Origin: Moniliella sp. 'wahieum'
Lineage: Eukaryota
Assembly: GCA_003971905.1 (NCBI GenBank)
Contig: RSEE01000001.1
Coordinates: 496,001-560,000 of the forward strand
Length of the DNA: 64,000 nucleotides
Direction: 5' to 3'
Each line of letters begins with the position of its first letter. The stretch's first letter is position 1. The notes below the pieces were generated by a model, which was not told where the DNA came from, made no database searches, and worked only from the letters and a program-made list of their open reading frames with translations. This document shows, piece by piece, positions 39,181-51,200 of this stretch. The translations under genes and the position numbers were made by a program.

Positions 39181-41303
39181 ATAAGCAGAGCACATACACA
39201 CACGTAGCTCTTCCTCTCCCTCTTTCCTACATTGATTGGCTAGTCTCGTTGTAATAGGTCTCTGCCCGCTTTTCTCTTCATTCCTTCTGTGATCAACACT
39301 CATTATCATTTTTGTTTGAGGGACGAGTTTTCCTTGGGGATAACCGATAAACAATCAATGGACACCGATACACACCTGTCGAAATGTGGATGCTGTGCAG
39401 TTACCTCCGTGCCCCATAGCCGTAAATGAAGTTCTCTCTTGTTCGGGGGCTGGGGACATTTTCTGTTCGTAATATTGAACGCGCAACAGTGATATGATCA
39501 TCAAACGCCAGTCACTACTAGCAATGTCACATCGTTTTCCATGCGTACTTTACCACATGGCTCTCAGAGCTCAGATATCCGAACGTCATACAGCGTAGAT
39601 GTACAACGACATCGGGGGATATGTCTCCATCATCTCGACATATCTCGAGATCGCCAGTCACTAGTCACTATAGTCAACTTGAACACAGCACACAAATTAC
39701 AATATCACCTCGTTTAGCAGCCGCATGGGGAAACTATATGATGTGCATCATAGAGAAGAGATGGCGAAACATCCGTCGGCGCGCTGAGAGAGGGCGCTCA
39801 CAAAAATGTCCTACTGTTGCATAGTTATGTGCTTTAATCGAGACAAAACCGCGCGTATAAGGGTCTCATGGTGTATAGATTGCGGGGGATAGACATCAAG
39901 CACACAAGCCCCGCGCGTGTGGGAGCAGACGTATCGCGTATAAAATATGGGCGCCCCTCCTTGTCACATCATGCTCACTGTTTGCACAAAAGACAACCCC
40001 AAGCAATGGTAATAGGGGGCATATAACTGTTGCAATAAGGGATTTACTATCACGTTTAGCCTCTTCCACCAACACAGGTGTTGTATGATGCAACAGGCGC
40101 AAAACCCGTTCAGCGTTGTCCCAATCCCGAGGCTTGGCAAGACTTACCCCGTTGCTGCCCAACAACACGCCCTCAGGGGCCTCTCAGGACATGTCTCACT
40201 GGTCACACTGATCACTGTAAATACTTGCCTGGTCACCTGACCAGTCACCGGTCCCCGGCCGCTGTGACCTGCCTGTCACGTAATCGTCCCTTGCGCCCTG
40301 GCTCCTGCACCATGGAGTTCCGACATGATCGAAACAAAGTAGGGTGCAGGCCTGTGTCGGAGCACTGCCGGTGCCTGCCGGTGGCCTTGGTTTTGCCGGC
40401 CCGCTTGGATGATCGATGACATGGACATGCGCCAGGATGAGACACTAGTGGCACTAGTGACATGGTGATGACTGTGTCACACAACATGTGATCGGCTGCT
40501 TACCTGCTACACATGGGATCGCACTTTCGGCTAGGAGAGCAGTGAATCATCCGAAAGCCACGCCAAGGTGGAGCAGTTGGTGCCTGCTGGAGCACTGCCG
40601 CCCGGCGAGTCAACTTTTTTTGCGGGCCCCCCGACGCCACAGGTCAAGGTGGTGCACCTTAGGGTTCCCGCAATTATCGATTGTCCATTACAGTAAGAAA
40701 CGGTCCCAATACGTCCAGTGCCCCCGTTTGGCTGAGAATGCGGTCACCGGTCACCGGCCAACTCTTCCACTTGGAAGGGTGCCTGAGGACGACGACCGCC
40801 TGTGTTCCCCCCCAGTCCATTGAAGGGGATGGATTACTACCTTTACTGGTAGGGGGTGGGTGGGGGGGCAACCCGTGTCCGGTCACACGGTGATCAGTAG
40901 TGCGCGCTCTACTCCATGTCACTGTTGTGGCCTGCGAATTCAGAGTATGATCTCGATCATCACGCGCACGCATCACTGCTCTTCTGTGTGCAATATAGGC
41001 ACGGTGGGTTGGCGATACATGGGCGCCACATCCTACGCCGGTGCCTAGCAGTGTTGGCTAGCGCTTACATCTTATACACGTTTACACACAAGCCACACCC
41101 GTCCCTTCGGAAAGCCGGGAGCTGGAGGTTTGATAGCTTGATCAGCATGAGGCGCTGAGGCTAACTGAGCACGCCGCCGCTCAGCTTTTGATGCCTGTGG
41201 GGCCTGGACATTCGTTGGGGGCTATATATGCCAGTATGGACTACCGCTGGCCAGCACCTCCCTCCCTACATCCATCTATCCGCGCCTCCTTCATCTCTCC
41301 AAC

Positions 41304-42823
41304 ATGCGCACCGCCTTGCTCGCTGTTGCTGCTGCCCTCTTCCTCCCCCTCATCTCTCCCGCCGCTTGCTCCTGATCCGGACGCCAGCCCGCTTGTCCCC
41401 GCATCGCTCGTGTCCCAGGGGTTGAAGCGTCCCAGCAACTACGCCTTCCATGCGCGCCACCCCCACCCTCATTTCCCACTGCCCCGTGGCAGCTCTGGAC
41501 AGAGCATTGCCAGCCTCCGTGCTGCCGGAGAGAAGGCCTTATTGGCGAACTCGTCTTCCTCTCCAGCCGTAAAGGTGGCAACGGCAACAAGCAGTGCCCA
41601 ACGCCGAGCAAGAAGCCTCCTAACAACTATTCTGGGACGTGGAATATCACCGCCCCATTGACGTTTGACTTATGGGATTTCTCTCCCTCCTCGACCGATG
41701 TCGTATACGGCACCAATCTGGCTCGCTCTTTGTCCTGGAGAAGTGGATGAACGGCAACTGGTTCAATTCTCTCGCTCCTGAAGCGAACGACATGTACTCG
41801 TTGATTGAGGCCCTTGGTACTCGCGCCAACACCACCTTGGTCCAGCATTACAACACGTGGATCACCGAAGACGACGTCGAAACGATGGCTAAAGGCACCT
41901 GAATACTATCCGCATTCCTGTAGGGTGGTGGTCGTTCATTCAACCCTCTCCTGGTGAAGCGTGGGTGTACGCCGATGATATCTTCTACCTCAATCGTCTC
42001 CTCGGCTGGCTTTACTCTCGCAACATGTATGCAATTCTGGACTTGCACTCGATGCCTGGTGGCCAGAGTGGGGACCAAGCTACCGGTCATTCCCAGGGTG
42101 ATCAGTACACTTTTTCAACTCTACCAACCAAGCCCGTTCTGACGAGGTGGTGCAGCGAGTACGCGATTTTGTTCTCAGTTCTCCGTATGGACGTACGGTG
42201 AGTGCTGTGCTGGCGGTTAATGAGCCATGTGTCAATGAGTTTTGCGCCGGTGGTCGGGTAGTTCTAGCAACTACCGGTCCTCGTGGACTACTACCGCCGT
42301 ACATACGACACACTCAGCGCGGTTGGCATCCCCATGATGTTCCACCACGGGTGGGCCCAAGGAAACATGGCCAACTGGACCTCTTTTGTTCAAGAACGGG
42401 ACCCGGCATTGCTGGTTGCAAGTGACAACCCCTACCCTGCCGCCTTCCCGGCTCAACGGATGAGACTACAATCTGGTCTAAGATGTGCCAGGACATCAAC
42501 ACATTTATCCGATACCCTACGAAAGTGAATCTCCACCGAGTGGAGCCTGTCCTCTGGCATGTCCAATGACTTCAGCAAAACTTTCTACAACTCCCAAGCC
42601 TACGGCTACGGTATGTCGGGAGGCAGTTGCTTCTGGTCGTACAAGGTCCTTGCTTCCTCGCTTCAGCCCACCCCAGAACGGTGGTCTTGGGAAATGGCCT
42701 TTAAGGATGGTATCGTGCCCATGCACCGGTAACAAAGGCCCATCTGCAAATGTTGGAAGCTTCCTCTCCAATTTGCCCGACAAGCACGTCTGCAACACTT
42801 GGGGCTGGCATCGCAACCAATAA
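41304..42823 (+). CDS. Secreted glycoside hydrolase family 5, exo-beta-1,3-glucanase-like (heavily frameshifted, possibly a pseudogene)
   Basis: Signal-peptide-like MRTALLAVAAALFLPLI; GSLFVLEKWM, HYNTWITEDD, NTIRIPVGWW, ILDLHSMPGGQ, acid/base VNEP, nucleophile TEWS, CFWSYKV. Confidence 0.85.
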
Positions 42824-42940
42824 ACATACACCCGAGGGAATCAACCTGCCGGCTGTTCCGACATCTCCCTTGCTCGAGTTGTCTGTTGCCACTCTTTCGT
42901 CACCACGTTGCCTCGTTGCCCTTCATCCCGCCAAAAGCTG

Positions 42941-43010
42941 TTTCGTCACTCTTTTCGTCGTCTTTTTCGTCACTCTTTTCGTCACTCTCTTTTGTCACTC
43001 TTTTTTCGTT
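42941..43010. repeat. Degenerate ~12-bp minisatellite (TTTTCGTCACTC), about 5-6 units
   Basis: tttcgtcactcttttcgtcgtctttttcgtcactcttttcgtcactctcttttgtcactc read directly. Confidence 0.8.
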
Positions 43011-46000
43011 ATAATGCGCTCTCTATTGTTCCATCATGTTGCTCCTCTCACGTTCAATGCTCTACCATATCCTATCTTTACTTCTTATAGGATTGGTCTA
43101 TTATCTTTTAGGCTTCTGCCAGTTGAGGCGACTTATTACTCTCCGTATCTCTTTCAACCTCACGCTCTTTTTCGACGTTCTTTTTACTGTTCTTGCGCTT
43201 ACGCAGCATCGGTTCTCTCTTCCTTTCCGTTCTGTGGTTACCGGTTAGGGCAGGGCAACTTGAATAACTGCCTGTCGGCCTTCTTGCTATTCCGAATCAA
43301 CCCACCGTCATTAGTGCCCATACGGTCTTGAATCTTACTCCACTTAATTTCTTAGTCCTCTAGGCGAAATCGTCTTATAGTTTTTTAGTACTAGCAACAA
43401 GGGGGGTAGCATTCACTCCAGGCAGCCTGTACATCATACCGTCTACAAAGAAGAAGGAAAATTTGATTGGGGCTATGGACATGGCAGAAATCTTCTTGAC
43501 TTAGACCTTTCGTATACGCGCAAATACTCTTGCCCCTTATGCTCTTCTGTCACTGGTTTGTGGCCAAGGGCTGAAAACCTGGTCATTGTGTTTTCGCTTT
43601 CTTTGCTTTTTCTTGATTAGACTGTTGTCCAACACCGTCCTTTATAGATTCTCTGCGTGCATAGTACAGTTCTTGATCTGAGTTCTCTTACACATTTAGT
43701 CTACTTTTGTCGTGTGTGTTCGTCTTCACTTTGTCATCTCAGCATCGTTTTGGTGTCAAATCCATTCTTGTCCCCAGCAAATTTCTTGCTTTTCCTCCAT
43801 GTATTTGCACAGCTCTGTGTCCCAGGCGAGATTTCAGTAAACTTTTGGTCTTCCACTACTCTCTCTCCGATTCCATCATACGACTATTGACCATGGGATT
43901 ATTGCCATGTCAAAGCCAGGTTTTCTCTCGACTAGTCTCTTATTACCGACGGGACATATATGCCTTCCAGTCCACAGTATTGGCCTCCTCATCGACACTG
44001 AGATCACGTTACGATTCTATACACGAAAGTCGATTTGTTCGAGTGACAACATGATCTACATTAGTGAGTACATCAGAGCTTTCCGGCCCTCTGCGTCGTT
44101 ACCATCCAACCGAGACAGAGAAAAAGGAACACAATATCTGTCAGGATCGCACAAAGGAGGCGTGCGCTGTTACATCGGCCCAATCGGAAGGTAAGGGTGG
44201 TGCCAGCAGGTTAAGTCGCTATCGGCTTTGATAACTTGGTGTAGTGCCCACAGATACAAATGTGCGTGTGTGGGATAGACACGTGAAGGAGAAACATATC
44301 TCCAAAATGGGCTCTGCAGTAATGAAGGTGCGCTCAATTAAACAGTACCCGGGCATGGGCAAGACTAGAGGGAAAAACGGGTCCTGAGTACGCACCTGGT
44401 ACGTTGTGTTTTTGTTTGTCGCAATCCTCTTTGGTCTATAGCGATGACTGTTGATACAATCTTTCTCCCGCGGAATTCCAACGCGGGTGGGGCCTTTTCC
44501 CCCTATGTAGAATGTGTTCTACCTCCGCCCCCCCACCATTTTGGTCTCCTTCGTCCCCGAATTTCTTCTCACGTGTGTGGTTCTCCTTCATCACGTAAAT
44601 GCTCCAAACGCTCCTGCGCTTCTCGCTCAGTACAACCTGTCGCAACATGGCCTTACTACCCGCTCCCACGTTTCTTCTTCTTTCTCCACAACCTGCTCAC
44701 CATTAATTGAGAACACACATCAGTCCCTCTGCAACGCCCCGAACTTGGATTGGGAACGGATGCAGTACAGGATGTAATACTTGAGTAAATATGATATCAG
44801 TTCAAACACTTGCGCTTGCAGACTGAGCAAGGAATGGCCCATAATAGAGGGTGTGTTGGAGCTGGAGATGCGTTTCTGTCATAGTCGGGGCGAAGGCAAG
44901 GGAGACCAGAATCGATACAACTATTAGGTCAAGGGGTCATGCATCATGTAGCAATCGTTTGCGGGGAAGAAGCAAGAGTTGAGGACATGGTGCTAATCGA
45001 GAACAGAGAAGGAGCGAGACGTTTGAGACGAAGACATTGGAAATGGGAGCGAGATTATCGATTAGCTCAGCCATATATACGATGACACGTTCCGTCGCAC
45101 TATTTATGACGAGGAAGTGCTATCGGATGACATTCTTAGTGCCTTCCAGTCTTCGCTGCTTCTGTTGGAGGGTAGTGCTGGGGTTCCCTTGCACGGCCCT
45201 CGGTGGATCGGTGACGCTCACTCACTTAACCGGGCGGAAGAGTTCCGCTCGCAGGCGCGCGCGCCCTGCTCGCTTCATCTCCCTTCTCTCTCTCCTGTCT
45301 CCCCCCTTCAATTCAGATGTTGCTTGAACTTTGCCTTCACCCTTGTCTGAAGGCTGCATTGCAGCTGATCCATAGGATCGCGAGTGCTCCCAAGTCGCAC
45401 TCTATAGCAGCTTCGTCTGTTTCGCTCTGTCAACATCTATCCCAGTGCGGTGGTTACCAAAAAGGGGCCAACCAACAGTCAGCATCCTCGATTGGTAGAG
45501 ATCCTTTCCCACCTTCCCTTCTCGTCCCTTCCCGCCTTTCCTGCCCAACTCCTGAACGTTTCCAGCCAATTGATTCAGTAATACAGGCAACCTCTCGTCT
45601 CCACTTAGCTGCATCATCTTCATCATCCAACCTCATCCTCCAGCTTTCCATCTGCCCAGTCGCGCGAGCCTTCCATCAGCCGCGTCGGTTCCCGTACCAC
45701 AACATGTCGCGTGGGTTCCTTTCACAGCCACTGCCATGCCGCAGCCCTGGCAGTGTCTGTCCGCTCCACTGCATCTACCCGTCTCTCAGCCCAGAGGCTT
45801 CAGACACGATGCTACCCTCCGCCGGCGTATACGCACCCTTGCCACGCGCGCAGCCGCCTCGGCTTCACGCCCAAAGGCTTCTCCACCTCGCTCGGAACCA
45901 CCAAGTAGCCCAAGCCCGAAACTACCGTGAGTCGTCTTTCACCTAAGGGACTGTGCCCCACCAACCTGAGCGAGCCCCCTGGCAGGGCCCGTTGCGACAG

Positions 46001-46149
46001 GGTCGTCGTAATTCACGTTACGTGGAGATCGAGCCCGCCACCTCTGACCATCGATCATCCTTGCTCCATCCTTCCACCAATTCCCTTGTCCCCCCCTCTC
46101 TTCTTCCTCCCCCCCTCTTCTTGTCCTTCCCCCCCACCTTATTTTTGTC

Positions 46150-46452
46150 GCAAAGACCCAATTGCTTTCCACATCTCCTCCTTGCTCCACCGCTCCGCGG
46201 CAGCCTTGTGGCCAGGTCGACGGCAGTGGGGCACAACCGTGGGCGTGGATTGAGGGCGCGCACCTTGAAGCAGTGTGGTCGTTGGTGCCGCAATGGGGAC
46301 ACCGGCGGCGAGTACGGGTTAGGGGGCATTTTAAGTGGGTGGAGGGACGCGTCGACGCCACTCTGTCATATGCCCGATACTTGGCGCAGCCAGCCCCGTC
46401 ACGTGCAGTCGGGGAGCAGTAGGGTTGCACACTTTTGATGGGTCCTGCCATA
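46150..46452 (-). mobile_element. Remnant of a LINE (Tad/I-like) ORF1 gag-like region with a CCHC zinc knuckle
   Basis: ORF 45939..46451 has VQPY...GCAKYRAY (degenerate first knuckle) followed by a perfect Cx2Cx4Hx4C: CPHCGTNDHTASRC. Confidence 0.5.
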
Positions 46453-46843
46453 TCTCAATGTTGTGTGCATTCCATTGACAGAGCTTAAGGCTGGGACAGG
46501 GGAACGCTACGTCTAAACCGAACCGTTCATCTTGCGGGGTTGTTTGGAAGCGCCACTAAGGTCAAGGAACCAGGGGGATTGCCAGGATATCAGGACCCTC
46601 CGGCTCTCGCCATCCGGTCCCGCCCTAGGAAGCGCGTGTGGACACGGAGGAACGTGGTTGACATACGAGCGAGGAACCATTTCCACTGAGACTTAGTAGC
46701 CAACTCCTTCCAATGCGCAAACAACTGCCCGCCGTTGGTGCCATAGTATCCTCGCGTCGTCAAAACCAGGGGGAAAAAACGGTTCTTGAGTGCGTCTCAA
46801 TGTTGTGTGCATTCCATTGACAGAGCTTAAGGCTGGGACAGGG
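46453..46843 (-). mobile_element. 3' fragment of an RLE-type non-LTR retrotransposon (copy 2), flanked by a perfect 49-bp direct repeat
   Basis: Uninterrupted minus-strand peptide LKNRFFPLVLTTRGYYGTNGGQLFAHWKELATKSQWKWFLARMSTTFLRVHTRFLGRDRMARAGGS*. Identical 49-mers at 46453..46501 and 46795..46843. Confidence 0.6.
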
Positions 46844-47849
46844 TTAATAAGATCGGCTGGGAAATCCTGTACACTTTTACGTCATAGGCACGTGCCGACC
46901 GGTGCCACGTTCCAGCCACCCGCAGCCAGAGAATCGGTGATATTATTGCCCTCTCCAGCGTGGAAGGGTTCCAGCGTGGAACGGTGGACCGGGGGAACGG
47001 TGGCTACGGTGGCGAAGGGGGAAGGGACGGTGGCTATGGTGGCGACGCAGCAGCTGACCGGGCCGTAGGCCCGGTGGTCTCTCGTGGTAATTAAAGATCG
47101 TGCGTCCCCTCGGCTCCGACGATGGCGGGTACTATATGCCACCAATAAGATGTTTTTGATTGTACACTCGAAAGAAGGAATTAAAGAGCCTTATTTTGGA
47201 GAAGATGGTTGATAACTCGATAACGTTCAACGACGTTCATCACTTCTACACGTTGAGCACCCCCATTAATCCGACATTTTGTATCCACACGTGCTATAAC
47301 ACATCGGGTTTTTTTGGACGCGAAAATAGCAAGGAGTCACTAGTCACTAGTCAGAGGGCCCGAAACCTCTACTACTATAGTGAGTAAGTAAGTGATTAGC
47401 GACTATTGGCGACTAATGATAATGACTCCGCTGTGATTTCCTAACTGTGTTTTGGCATCCCATGCCGCATGTCAAAGAAGCAAGCAGCATACGCGGATCG
47501 GTCATATATCATAGCTCATGCACTCACGTACTCACGGCGGAGCCAGCAAAGAGCTTGTTCGGCCTTGTTTAGGCCCATAGCGTTTCCTTTTGTCTACCCC
47601 GGCCTGATTAAAGCTTAAGCTGGCAAAAGCATGGATATTGAATGCAACCTCAGTAGCGTTGTCGATTCTCGATCGATTCTCGATTATAGGCTGCATGGCC
47701 ATGGAAGAACGAGCCAGCTGTAGGCCGCAGATGGTGGCAGGGAGGGGAGAGCACTAATATATCACTGTGTGGAACTCTGTTCGGCGTGTAATAGTGGTGT
47801 GTGATCGACAATCAGTCTATCCAAGGTGTGCATCCTGAGCCAACAACAT

Positions 47850-47970
47850 ACTGATGATCTGCTGGCGATTCCCCGGGTTTCCTGAACGGGTTTGACGCCA
47901 ATAACAAGCAACATCCGCCGAACGAGAAGGTCGAGAGTTACTAGGTGCAGCGTTCCTTGTTCTTAGTAAG
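47850..47970 (+). mobile_element. Inverted third copy of the same repeat, left part (interrupted by the Copia element; right part at 53511-53540)
   Basis: The reverse complement contains GGAACGCT...GCTTGTTA...GGGGAATCGCCAGCAGATCA, matching copies 1 and 2. It resumes after the 3' LTR as TTAAGCTCTGTCAATGATATGG, the reverse complement of CCATATCATTGACAGAGCTTAA. Confidence 0.6.
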
Positions 47971-48183
47971 TGTTGGGACCCGTGTCCCGTACTTAGGCCA
48001 AGGCGCCTCATCACCCTTCACCCCTGATTTGTCCTCCGAAGCCTCCACGTGTATACTCAGGCTTGTCTGAACCCCTGTCTCTAGGTGTGGCACAAGCTTA
48101 GACCTTAACCACCACCATCGCGATTGCATTGCTCTACATTTCCAGAGGTTCTTCACCCAATCCCTTGGGTTCCTCCGGTTACA
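47971..48183 (+). repeat. 5' LTR
   Basis: TGTTGGGACCCGTG...CCGGTTACA; identical to the 3' LTR apart from about four small indels. Confidence 0.95.
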
Positions 48184-48289
48184 GAGTTACAATCCTCTTG
48201 ACGCTCAGCCCTGAGCCTTCCACTCTTACACTCTTCGGTCCTCCGCTGCCGGCCCTATCCACAAGCGCTTGCTCGAACTGCGTAAGCTA

Positions 48290-51200
48290 ATGGCAAGCAT
48301 CATGAGCTCTCAGACTCAGGAGTCTTGGTTCAACTCCTCAACCCCTACTTCACCAACTGCCGGAGCAGAAGAGAGCACCACTCCCGTCGGAGTTGACCAC
48401 GCCTCCCCGCCGCTGACACCATCGCGTGAATCTACCCCTACACCTCAACCCACCCCCGTGGGCCCGACAACACCGCGAACGACGTCGCCACCCTCGCCGA
48501 CCGCATTGCAACATGTTCAAATTGTTTCCCGAACACATCACCTCAAACAGCTACGGACACTGGTATCAAGCTTGGGTACAGCGAAAAGACGACCACAGAA
48601 GCCATTGTCATGTTATCATGTAGAATCCACCCAATGCTAGCAAGAACGAAGGTGCCTTATCGTCAACTCCGGCCGTCGACGACAACCCGTGGGCTTTGAC
48701 TCCCGACAAGCTCCTCCGTAGTGCCACTCGCACCAACGTGCCGTACCACGAGCGTTTCCACAACAACAGCACTCGTTTTGGTTATGGACCCGGATCTTCC
48801 TCCCTCGTATCCAGATTATCCCTGGAGCGCGTGAGCATCTGGAACAGGGCAAGGCCCTGGACGGTATAACGCAGAACTGGACGCTCACTTGGCCAACATT
48901 CTACTCCCGTGGATAGACTCCGACGTCGTCCAGCAGATCAACCGGCGATGGCACGCCGGCTCTAGGGTCTGCTACTATCATGCTCTGCGTGATTTGTACG
49001 GCACCGTTTCAGACACTGAGATCTGTGATATCCTCATAAAGGTTCTCACTCTCAAAATGGGCACCAAGTCGGGCCGCCAATACCTGAATGAGTTCACTGT
49101 GGCGGTAACCCAGTACGAGATGACGTCCAAGTCCAAGCTGACGAGATTGGTCTAGCACAGATGCTACGGAAAGCGTACTGATCAGGGGTGGTTGCACCTC
49201 CATAGTAACAGCAGCTACGCCGAATTGCGCCGAGCAGTGAGCGAACTCAAAGGCTCCACAACTACGGCAGTACCTCCAGTTCAAGCCAGCTCCCTCCAGT
49301 ACGGCCCCTTCGGAAGCCACGTCGCACAGCCAAACAAGCAGTACGGTGACAGGCCGCGGACGAGGCCGAGTGGCAGCGGGTACAGAGGAAGTCACCGTGG
49401 TGGCCAACGTGGCGGCCCTTTAGCCGGCCGGCTACGACGCCCAGACCACCTCATCTGCCCAGCAGTAACCCCTATGGCAGCCACTACACCACCCAGCCAG
49501 CCAACCTCCCTGCGCAACACGATTCAGGTGCGAGACCATCCGTATTCAATGAACGAAGTGCGTTTATCAATCTTCGTCCACACCGCGAGCCCATAGCAGT
49601 GGCAAACGGACAGATCGCATACACTGAAGGCATTGGCACCATCTCATGTACATTCAAACCAGAACGGAGCCCCTATCCGCATCCACCTACCCGGCAGCTT
49701 GTACTGCCCCACCTTCCCGACCAACCTGCTCAGCTTACCATCTATCTATCGCAGGCATTGGCAGCTGGATCCCTCCAGGTGGCCATGGTCTCTATCTCGG
49801 ACGACACGGCGAACCTTTTCGTCTCGCCGCCGACTCAAGCTATTCCCTTACTCTGGCGCCCAATACGACAGCCACAGCCAACAGCGCCACTTCGCTACTC
49901 AACCTTGATGCAACCCTGGTCAAGGTGAAAAACGCCCACATCCGATGGAATCATGCACCTCTAGATCAACTTTCATCCCTCACGTCGGATGACCCAGCAT
50001 TCGAACGGGTCAACAGTGGCGACATCGCTTTAGTCCGGTCCTCGTGGCACTGTGCACCATGCGCATTAAGCAGAGCCACTGCCCCACCCCACGCCACGAC
50101 TGGACGCCCAATCCGAACCATTCGCCCTTTCTCTCCTCTCCACCTCGACGTCCTTGACATATCCCGCCAAGGCGGCGGAGGTCATACTTACGACCCCTTA
50201 TCATTGTCGACGACTTTACGCGGTATACCTGGACGCTACCCCTGGTGTCCAAGGGTGATGCCACAGCCGAACTTCAAGCCTTCATCCGGCGCGAGCATCG
50301 CCAACATCCCGACCGCCCCCTTCAGACGGTCCGCTCTGACAATGCGCCTGAACTCACCACCGCAATGGACGAGTTTTACTGCGAGCTGGGAGTAGTGAGC
50401 GAGCGCACCAATCCTGGCGAAAGTGCGTCCAATGGGGTCGCCGAACGCGCCATAAGATCGATTACGGATCGCGCTCGACTCATGGTAATCGCCAACAGAT
50501 TGACTCCCGACGAGTGGTGGGAACACAGCTTGTTGGCGGCCACATATGCACACAACCAGTCGCCGCCGAAAGCACTGGGTGGGGACAGCCGATTTGTCCG
50601 GTACCATGGCTTCAAACCCTCCCTTCGCATGCGCGGTTTTGGCACTCTTGCCTACCTGCACCTATTGCCCAACCAACGCGAGGGCGGCAAACTTGGTCCG
50701 CGGCCGTCCCAGCAATGTTGGTGGGTTACGGGCACGGCCGCGGTTCGAAGGGGTGGCTCTTTGCCATCCACCAGGACGACGGCCAAGTTGGATTCCGTTG
50801 GAAAAAGCCGTCCACCTGGACGCATGTCCCGTACACCACCGAATATCCCACGCACTTTCATCTGGACCCCCTTGTCCCTGCTGGTGGCGGAGAGGTGCGG
50901 GGGGGCGGAGAAATGGGTGCTGGTGGGAAGTCAGACAGCTCCCCACCCCGGCGTGTGCGTTTTGCGATAGATGAACTGACCCGCGATACTAATGGTAAGA
51001 AAGACAATGCCCCCCATGGAAAAAGAAAATTAAAAGAACGAAAAACAGAGGCACATCGCCCGGCTCAAGCCAACGAAAATGAGAATTCAGAGCCTGGCCC
51101 CACTCCCACCAACTCCAACCCCCCACATGTATCCCCCCAACCTGTTGCATCTGACCCCGCAGGCATGGCACAACGCCAGGCAAAGCAAGCCGAAGAAAAT

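Noticed and set aside
45030..45350. Ulp1-protease-like phrase IYDEEVLSDDIL
   Set aside because: Too short, with no catalytic His/Asp/Cys motifs found.
8769..46843. CRISPR-like interpretation of the 21-bp and 49-bp direct repeats
   Set aside because: Only two units each, eukaryotic context, and no cas genes.
48561..48793. PBS-like strings TGGTATCAAGC (48561) and GGTTATGGACCC (48780)
   Set aside because: They lie 380-600 bp inside the gag region, not next to the LTR end defined by the TSD; likely coincidence.
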